From IMG/VR virus record IMGVR_UViG_3300021131_000005: a stretch of 64,000 nucleotides of DNA; one strand, written 5' to 3'. Positions within the stretch are counted from its first letter, which is position 1. Every line of letters starts with the position of its first letter. Origin of the DNA: an uncultured virus (IMG/VR IMGVR_UViG_3300021131_000005) (taxonomy: Duplodnaviria > Heunggongvirae > Uroviricota > Caudoviricetes). Under the pieces are notes generated by a model. The model was not told the origin of the DNA. It saw only the letters and a program-made list of their open reading frames with translations, and made no database searches. Below are positions 30,567-39,400 of the stretch, in pieces. The position numbers and the translations under genes were made by a program.

Positions 30567-30999
30567 AACAAATGATATTGAAAAGATTGTTAGGGAGTTG
30601 TATGCGGAAGAAAGTTTGGAATGGCACAAAAATGTCCACAAGAACGGCGGTGAATTACAGGAAAATATTAATGATACGTTGCGGTGTATTTCGCATGACG
30701 AGGTAGTTTATAGAATAGATGTAGATGAAAAGTTAGCAGCTTTCTTTACAAGGTTTACAGATGGGGAATACATAATACTAAATTCGTTTCACATAAGAAA
30801 GGAATTTAGGGTTAAATGGTTCTTATCTTTGTTTTGGAATTTTATAGACCAATACTTAGGGAATGACTACTTTGCGGGGCTTTGTACTAAAAATACACCT
30901 GCAATAAATCATCTTTTAAGTAACGGTTTTGAGATAATAAATCAAATTGCGGATAATGGAAAAGATTACGTAATTTTGAGACGATTTTTTAATAATTAA
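30550..30999 (+). CDS. GNAT family acetyltransferase-like protein
   Basis: FHIRKEFR and KNTPAINHLLSNGF motifs; precedes the internal virion genes, like T7 gp13. Confidence 0.65.
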   Translation: MISCSKTNDIEKIVRELYAEESLEWHKNVHKNGGELQENINDTLRCISHDEVVYRIDVDEKLAAFFTRFTDGEYIILNSFHIRKEFRVKWFLSLFWNFIDQYLGNDYFAGLCTKNTPAINHLLSNGFEIINQIADNGKDYVILRRFFNN

Positions 31000-31010
31000 A
31001 ATTATAACTC

Positions 31011-31748
31011 ATGCCTGCGGGAGGTTTAATAATTGGTGCTGCCGTTGCGCAAGCAGGGCTTGGAGTAGCTAAGTCCATAGAAGGGTTTAGTGATGAAAGG
31101 CGTGCCAAAAGAGAAATGGCAAACCTTAAAACCCCGTTTTATAAAATACAAAGCGAATACCAACAAAACCGTGACCTTGCAGCACAAGAAGCACAAGGGG
31201 GTTTAAGTACAGGGGCTAAAGACTATTTAACACAAGAAGGACAAAGGGGATTAGGTGCAGGTATTGGGGCAACAATGCAAGGGGGCGGCGATGTAAACAA
31301 CATTGCTAAGTTACTACAAGGCTATAATCAGTCATTGGGTTCAACCGCCATAGCAGATGCCCAAATGCACACAGAAAACATAAGCCGCTTTATGGAAAGA
31401 AGTAAAGATTTAGCGGGGCAAAAAACAATGCAATGGACTTTAAACGAATATCAACCTTACGAAAGAAAGTTGAACGAATTAAAGCAAAGAATGGCAGCAG
31501 GTAAACAAAATGGTTTTGGTGGAATAAGTGATGCTATTAGTGGGATTTCAGCAGCAGGTACGGGAATGCAAAATTCAGCTTTGAATAAGTCTGCAATAGC
31601 AAGCAATAACGCTATGAATGCACCTACTGTATTTGGGGGAAACTTTCAGCAACAACCAACAGTAGCACCAACTTATAATACACAAGGTGGTCAAGCCCCA
31701 CAAGCATTACCACCTACTCCACTAGGAGTGCAAATGGCACAATATTAA
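31011..31748 (+). CDS. internal virion / ejection protein
   Basis: G/A/Q-rich with a hydrophobic Gly-rich N-terminus; first of three genes. Confidence 0.6.
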   Translation: MPAGGLIIGAAVAQAGLGVAKSIEGFSDERRAKREMANLKTPFYKIQSEYQQNRDLAAQEAQGGLSTGAKDYLTQEGQRGLGAGIGATMQGGGDVNNIAKLLQGYNQSLGSTAIADAQMHTENISRFMERSKDLAGQKTMQWTLNEYQPYERKLNELKQRMAAGKQNGFGGISDAISGISAAGTGMQNSALNKSAIASNNAMNAPTVFGGNFQQQPTVAPTYNTQGGQAPQALPPTPLGVQMAQY

Positions 31749-31758
31749 TACATTTTAA

Positions 31759-33417
31759 ATGGCAGATACTACTCCTTCTTTGGCAGAAATAGGGTCTTTT
31801 GATAAAGATGCTAACCTTGTTGCAGGGCGACCCGCACAAGTATTGGATATATCTAGTGGATTAAAAGGGGTTTGGGATGCAGCACACGAAAAAGCACAAT
31901 ATGATTGGATGAAATACCAAAATCACCAAAAGCAAGTTGGCGATTGGGCAGCAGGTCATCAATTAGATTATGCGGGTGTTAGAAATGTAGATATACCTCT
32001 TATACAAAAAATGGCAGGGGAGTATTTTCAAGAAATAGCAAAAGACCCTAGAAAGGTAACACAGATAGGAAATGACCCTAAATGGAATGAAATACAAGCG
32101 CAAATAGGTAAGAGTAAGGGGTTAAATTCTTACGCAGACACCCAAATGAAGTTCTTAGAACAAAACCCTCATTTACTTACGGACGAAAATAAAAAAAGAA
32201 TAGCAGCATTTCAAAACGGTAGTATAGACCAAAAACCTTCCGACTTACAAATTGATATGCCTAAGACTATGGATTTAGGCAAAATGACTTCTTTCTTTAC
32301 AGACCCCAAGCATGGGTTTGTAGTAGCTACTAAAGGCAGTGAAGTCCCGCTTTTTGAGAGTGGTAAACCAACGGGTTTAATAAAAGTTACACAAGATGGT
32401 AAAAGCCTTAATTTAGATGGAATAAAAGATGCTACAAGGGCATTGTATAAATCTAATTCAATACAAGACCCTAAAAGCCCTTATGGAACAAAAGATATTG
32501 CCGATGATATGTTTAGTCGAGCAGACGATAAAATAAAAAAGGATTATAAAGAAAGATATGGGGATAATGCCGCCGAAGAGTTTTTTGTAAATTCTGTTAC
32601 AAGTGGGATTTCGGGTAAAGAGTTTGAAGGCGGTAAGACAACACTAGAAAAGGATGTTGATTTTGAACGTAGGGCTAAGTTTACAGACGACTTGTCAAAA
32701 ATGAAACAGAAATTCAAATATGATTATGCTTTAAAATTACTAGAAGGTAATCAGAAAAAAGATTTTGAATTATGGAAAGAAAACGAAGGATTAACTAGAG
32801 ATAGAGGAGGTAAATGGCTTAACGACTTTACCGCTACATTTGTAACAGATGCTATAACAAATGGCAGAGTTGTCACATATAAGTCAAAAGACGGTACAGA
32901 AACAAAGTATGCAGAAGCCCCTGCTTCCGAGCAAATGAAGAAAGTATTTGGAAAGGAAACGGTTTCAGAAGGTAAGAAAACAGTAGAATATCCCGACCAA
33001 ATATTAGTTTCTACCGATGGCACTCACATACTACCTATTTATCATGGTGGTAAAGGCGAATCAGGTTTTCAAGAGGTAGATGAAAGTAAGGGCGTTAATC
33101 CTATTGCAATAGATGATGCTAAAGCATTATTTGCAGAAAAATTCAAATTAACATCTTCTTTAGAAGCGTCTAATCACAATTTGTTAGAAGAAGGGTTAAA
33201 GCAACCATCTCTAAATAATGGTTCTGTATTTGATTATATAAAAAATAGGTCTATAAAAGATTATGCAAAAGAAAATACGGGAAAATCTAAAGAATCATTA
33301 AGGGGTGGTAAGCAAGGGGATAACTCACAGCTTATGGGTCAAATCCCAACAGATGAACAAATAGAAAATAATAATTTGCCACAAAAAGGTGGTAAAAAAA
33401 CTATTAAAGGATTTTAA
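31759..33417 (+). CDS. internal virion / ejection protein
   Basis: Position between the small and giant ejection genes. Confidence 0.5.
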   Translation: MADTTPSLAEIGSFDKDANLVAGRPAQVLDISSGLKGVWDAAHEKAQYDWMKYQNHQKQVGDWAAGHQLDYAGVRNVDIPLIQKMAGEYFQEIAKDPRKVTQIGNDPKWNEIQAQIGKSKGLNSYADTQMKFLEQNPHLLTDENKKRIAAFQNGSIDQKPSDLQIDMPKTMDLGKMTSFFTDPKHGFVVATKGSEVPLFESGKPTGLIKVTQDGKSLNLDGIKDATRALYKSNSIQDPKSPYGTKDIADDMFSRADDKIKKDYKERYGDNAAEEFFVNSVTSGISGKEFEGGKTTLEKDVDFERRAKFTDDLSKMKQKFKYDYALKLLEGNQKKDFELWKENEGLTRDRGGKWLNDFTATFVTDAITNGRVVTYKSKDGTETKYAEAPASEQMKKVFGKETVSEGKKTVEYPDQILVSTDGTHILPIYHGGKGESGFQEVDESKGVNPIAIDDAKALFAEKFKLTSSLEASNHNLLEEGLKQPSLNNGSVFDYIKNRSIKDYAKENTGKSKESLRGGKQGDNSQLMGQIPTDEQIENNNLPQKGGKKTIKGF

Positions 33418-33419
33418 TT

Positions 33420-36400
33420 ATGCCAAACGGTAACGATAATAAAGTAAAAGTTTTATACGATGCAGTATCTAAAGATTACAGTGTCGGAACTTACGATGAA
33501 TTTAGTAAAAAACTACAAGACCCAACTAAAAGAAAGGCTTTTTATGATGGTGTTGGAAAAGAATATCAGTTAGGCAGTTACGATGAATTTTCAAATAAAA
33601 TAGGTGCAATTTCTGACTTAAAAAAAAAAGATGGTACACAACCTTCTATACAAGCTACTGCACAACCTTCAAAAGTTGGTTGGGTAAGTTCGCAAAGTGG
33701 TGGGCAACAAACACCCCCGTCCACATCTCCATTAAAATCTACATACGCCGTAGATAATAGGGCAGTATCAGAAAGCACACAAGCACCAAAAGGTACAGCG
33801 CAAAGTACACAAGCTATTGACGAAACAAAACAGTTGAATAAAGAGAAAGACTTATTTAAAGGGATTTTATTTGGTAAAAAACCTGCAACCGATATTCTTA
33901 GTGAAGAAAATATAGTAGCCAATGTAAAGGATAAGTCTAAAGTAAAAGATATTACTGATAGATTTTATAAGGGGGAATTAACAAACGAAGATGTAGAAGC
34001 AATTGGGTATTCCCCTAAGATGGGTATTGACTTAAATAGTTTTACACAACAATTAAATACCAAGACTAAAAATCTTTCCAAAATTGCACAAATAACGCAA
34101 ACAGAAAGTTTATTACCCGCATTGAAACAGTTAGACGATGTAGAGAAACAGAAAGAACATTTATTAAATCAGAAGAAACAATTACAATTTGCATCACTTA
34201 CTACAATAGGTAATCCCGATAAGCAAATATCAGATATTGATGCCCAAATAGCACAACTTACAGATAAGCAAAAGTTTTTAAACAGGGGGCTTGATGTTGT
34301 TTATGAAAACAAATATTACAAAGAATATCAACCAGAAATATTAAACGCATTAAAGCCGTTAATAACAGATGTTCAAAATTTTTACGAGGGAAAACAAGCA
34401 CATTCTAATCAGTTTTTAAATGGTATTGGGGAAGAGCAAAATCACATAAAACACGTTAAAAAAGACGGTCAAGACATATATCAATTAGGCGAAGAAGGAC
34501 AAACAATAGTAAGAAACGCCGTAGCTAAATATATGTCCCAAAAGAATGATATAGTAGCTATTGCACACGAGCATAAAACAGGAATTGTAAATGGGCAAGA
34601 CCCTAAAAATACTCAATACAACGATGAATCAAATAGGGTTATTGATTATATTAATACAGTAATGCCCGTTCAGCACGCACAAAAAAAATATACAGAATCA
34701 TATATAAAAGAAAATCCACAATTAGAACCTTATCTAAAGTACCACGATAAAGTAAAAGAATCTTTTACAGGCGATGATAAAAAAGCGGAAAATGCTTATG
34801 TAAAAACACAGCTAGATTCTTTTATTGTAGAATCTAATCATAATTTTCAAACTTCTTTAGATACCAACGAAGACGCTAAAGCAATAGTTTCAAAATGGAA
34901 GTCACAAGAAGAGGCAAAAATGGTTACACCAGAAATTGCACAAAAAAACATTGAACGTGACTTATTGAACAATAAAAATACCGCTCCAATAATAAAAAAA
35001 CGTGATAAAGACATAGAATTAGCAAAAACAAAAGCAAAAAATTTATCTAAGGATTATGTATTAAACGTATTAAAAAAAGAAAACCCAAACATAGAAATAT
35101 ATTCAGATGGTAGTATTGGTATAAAAGGTAAAACAAAGAAACAAAGTGATGATATATTACAGAACTATTTTAATGGGTTAAATTCTGTTTCCAGCGAAAC
35201 ACTAAAAAAGGTAGCAGATGTACAAGGCAAAAAAGCAGATGATGTTATAAAATTAAAAGGCGTTTTAGGTGCAAGTTTTGAACAAGTTGCCAATACTACT
35301 TTATTTGGTTTAACGAGTTGGATTTTTGACAAGACAGGCATAGGTGGGGATTCCGCTAAAATGTTTAATTCTGCAATAAGCGCAAATAATATAGACTTAT
35401 CTAAAATAGCAAAAGAACACTTTGAATTTAAAGGATTAAAATCCCTTTTTGATTGGGATTATATGCAGCACGCAGGTGGTGGGTTTTTACCTTTGGCATT
35501 AGGTAACGCAGCAGTAGCGACAGCAACAGGTGGTGTAGGACTTCCTGAATCTATGGCAGCTACATTGGGCGCAATAGGGAGTGCGGGTTATTTTACGGTA
35601 AGTAATTTATCAAATCAATATGGGGAAATGATAAATAACGGAGTAGATACACAAACTGCTAGTACAGCAATGCAGAATAGGGCTATACCCGATTTTCTAT
35701 TTAGTTATGCTCCAACATATTTTCATACAGGGTCTTTATTAGGAAACACGTTAAAACCTTCTATATTAAAAACAGGAGAGGACTATATAAAGGGTCAATT
35801 TGGGAATGCTTTTATGATGTTGGGACAAGGTTATTTATCTAAAAAAGCAGATAAGGAAGCTAAAGGATATAATTTAGAACAGTCATTTTTTGATTATGCG
35901 GCAAGCGATGAAGGGCTTAAAGCAATAAGTGGGATTTATGCTTTTGCAGGTGTAGATGCTTTTAGAAGTGTAATGGGGCATTGGGGCAGCATGAAAAATT
36001 GGAAATCACTACTAGAAACATCCAACCAAGAATTTAAAGACAACGCCTTCTACAATAATGCTATACAGCACTCATATAAAGACAATGCAGGTACTTATAT
36101 AGATAACCTTATACTTTCATTAAAGAACGAAGATTATAAGATAGGTGAGCCTAAATTTGACCTAAAAAGAAAACAGGAATTAGAAAAAGGGTTGAATTAT
36201 GCAATGGGGTTTGAAAAGAACATATCAAACGGTAAATTGGATAGGTCTAACATAAATGATTTATATACAGCCCACAATCTTACGCTTGCGGATATTCATA
36301 GCGAATATGCAAAACAATTAGGTGGAGATAATGGAGTTGATAACAAATCCCTTGTTGATTATCACAAGTCAAAATCAAAAGAATATCAAGAAGAAGCAGC

Positions 36401-39400
36401 CAAGTCATTAAACAACGATGCAAGTTTTCATTACCTAGTTGATGGTACAAACCAACCAGTTATAATGTCTGATAAATCATTTAAAGCATTAACCGAAAAC
36501 GGTGATATATCTAAATGGCTAAAAGATAAAACCATTAAAGATGTAGTTAAAAATGATGATGCAAACTTTGGGACTAAATTCCGAGAACAACTTGCAGCAA
36601 AAGAAGAAGCAGATAAACTGTTAGCACAACAAAAAGTAGAAAAACCATTAACAGAAGATGAATTATCTGATTTGAATAAGAGAAAGGACGATATAGAAAT
36701 GATACTTGCTTCTGATAGTGCAAGTAAGCAAGCGGGGGAAGGTGGTAATTTAGTACGAGGAGGTAGAGAAATATTGTCTAATGAATTAAAAGATATTAAT
36801 GAAAAGTTAGATGCACATAAAAAGGCACAATCTACTGATGAAGAAACGGTAAGGAAAGCAAAAGACTATGACAATAGAAAGAACATGGTTGATGCCGTAT
36901 TTGCAAAAGAGGATTTTTTCACTCCCGAAGAAAAAAAGACATTCCTTACTTTAGATGAAAAAGCGCAAGATGAAATGATTGATGCAAAACGTAAGGAATT
37001 AAAAGAAATTGCACAATCAGATAGAAATAAGGATTATGAACAAAAGAAAGCCGATATTGAAAAAAGAAGGCAAAAGGAATTAGACGACTTTCATAACCCT
37101 TTTAATGCGCAACAACACATAAAGGCTTATGACGAAAAAGGTAATTTACTTAGTGATACAGCCGAAAGTATTAATGCAAAATACGATGCAGAATTAGCAG
37201 AATTAGAAAAATCGCAACAAATAAAAAAAGTAACCCCTACAATAGTAGTAGAAGGTAAAGAATACTATGGTGCTAATCACGGGGAAGCAATGAAAGCAGC
37301 CATTGCAGACGGTAAAATTCTAGCTACTGATAAAGAGAGAAATCCTATTACTGATATTGATTCTCCCGAATTAAAAGATTGGAGAAAAAAGAATGGACAA
37401 TTTAAAACAGATAGTGGGAAATTAATACCTAGAAGCGAAGCACAAAATAAACTAGGTTTTAGCCAATCAGAAGATATACCCGAAGGAATGCTTCATGTTC
37501 CCGAACAACCCCCAACAAGTGAAGTATCTGTACCTAAAGAAGAATCCGAAAAAGAAATAGTACCCGTTAGTAGTATGATAGATAAACGTGGTTCTTACAC
37601 AAACAATAAAGGGGAAACTGAAAGGGGAATGTTTATTCAAGACGGGGAAAGGATAGAATTTCACACAGATAAAGGAAATAAAATATATGAGTTAGGAAGT
37701 GTAAAAGAAATAGGCAATAAAGATATTTCCGAATTTAATATAAAGTCCGAAGAAAGTAAAGTTGGCATTGCTGACAATGGTAATATTACAGTTAGTGGTA
37801 AAGAATATGTAAATAAATATTCAGACCCATTGGCGGCTATAAATAGAGATGCAGACGGCAATATTATTTCTGTTAATTTAGAAACACTTAATGGAGAAAA
37901 AAGGACATTTGGCAAGAAAGATAAACAACTTGCAGAAGATTTAGCTTATCAAATTCATTTAAAAGAAATAACAAAAGACAATGCAAACAGAGAACAGTTC
38001 GAGCAATTCATCAATGAAGATGGAGAAGCGTCAAAAACAATGGAAGATGGAGGACTTTCTGAAACTCCCGAAACCCCAACAGTTAAAATTGATGGCAAAG
38101 TTTCAAGAGAAAAAATCGAACCAATCCCAATAACGGTTAATTTAAAAGAACCCATAATAGAAACAGTAGGGGAGCAAACCCCACTTAAAGATACATCCAA
38201 TATTGGAGAACAAACAGAAATAGAAACAGATGAAAGCAAAAGGAACAAAGAAGCCTATGCCAAAGGGCAAAAAAATGATGAAGTAGTTGAGGATGGGGGA
38301 ATTGAAACACCCCCACCTCCTATTGTGCCTACTATTGGAGAACCAATATTACAAGAAAGTGGCGAACCTACTTATAAAGGGGTTACTATGGAAGCCCAAT
38401 CTCAAATAGATAGCATTGCTAAAAAATATGCTGAAAGAGTAGGTGTTACATGGGAGGAAGATTTGAGAGATGGGCTATCTAGGGCGCAAAGTCTTTATCC
38501 TAATAGCGATATAAAAGAAGCAGCTAAACTATACACAGAACAAAAGTATAGAGATATGTTAGAGGCGGCGGGCAACTACGTTCCATCGTCACAAGACATA
38601 ATGACTTTTAATTATCATTTAAAAAATCTATTTGACGAATTAAACAGTGAAGAACCAACAAGGTTAAGAGATGATATTTTAAATGACATACAAAAAACAA
38701 GTGATGTCTTATCTAATTCTAAAACAGGTAGGGCTTTAGCTGCTTATAAAGCTATATTGTTAGAAGATAACAATGGCTTACAAGTAATGAGAGCCGATTT
38801 GGAAAGTAGAAATTTTGGAAAGCCATTAAGCGATGAACAAAAACAAATGACTGCTGCTTTTTGGGAAGAACAAAAAGAGGCTTTATTAAAAGAGCAAGAA
38901 TTACAGATACAAGATTTAAGGGAACAAGCGCAATTACAATTAGAACAAGTAAAAGCAGAATACGAATCTAAGTTAAAAAAGCAATCTAAAGAAACCCCAA
39001 CTGAAAAGAAAAAATCAGAAATCATTAAAAAGTCTGCTGATGAAATAGCTGCTTTGATAAGAAAGGGTATTAATAAGGACGCTGCTTTTTCTGACCCATT
39101 ATTAGTAGGTCAAGGAATGAATTTAGTATTAGAGGGGGTTGCTAAGTTAGTTGAACAAGTAGGTTCATTAGCAGGGGCTATTGCGAAATATATTGAAGAT
39201 AATCCCAAATTCAAAGGGAAAGAAAAAGATATAGAAGATGCTATATTTAACCACATAAACCTACAAGATAAGAAAGAAAAAGCTATTGAGGGTATAGATA
39301 AGTTAGGGGAAAAGACCATTACAAAAGAAATGGTTGAAAACAAGTATATAAAAGATTTTGTAGATAGTTTTTTAACCAATCACGATATTAGTGAAGTAAT

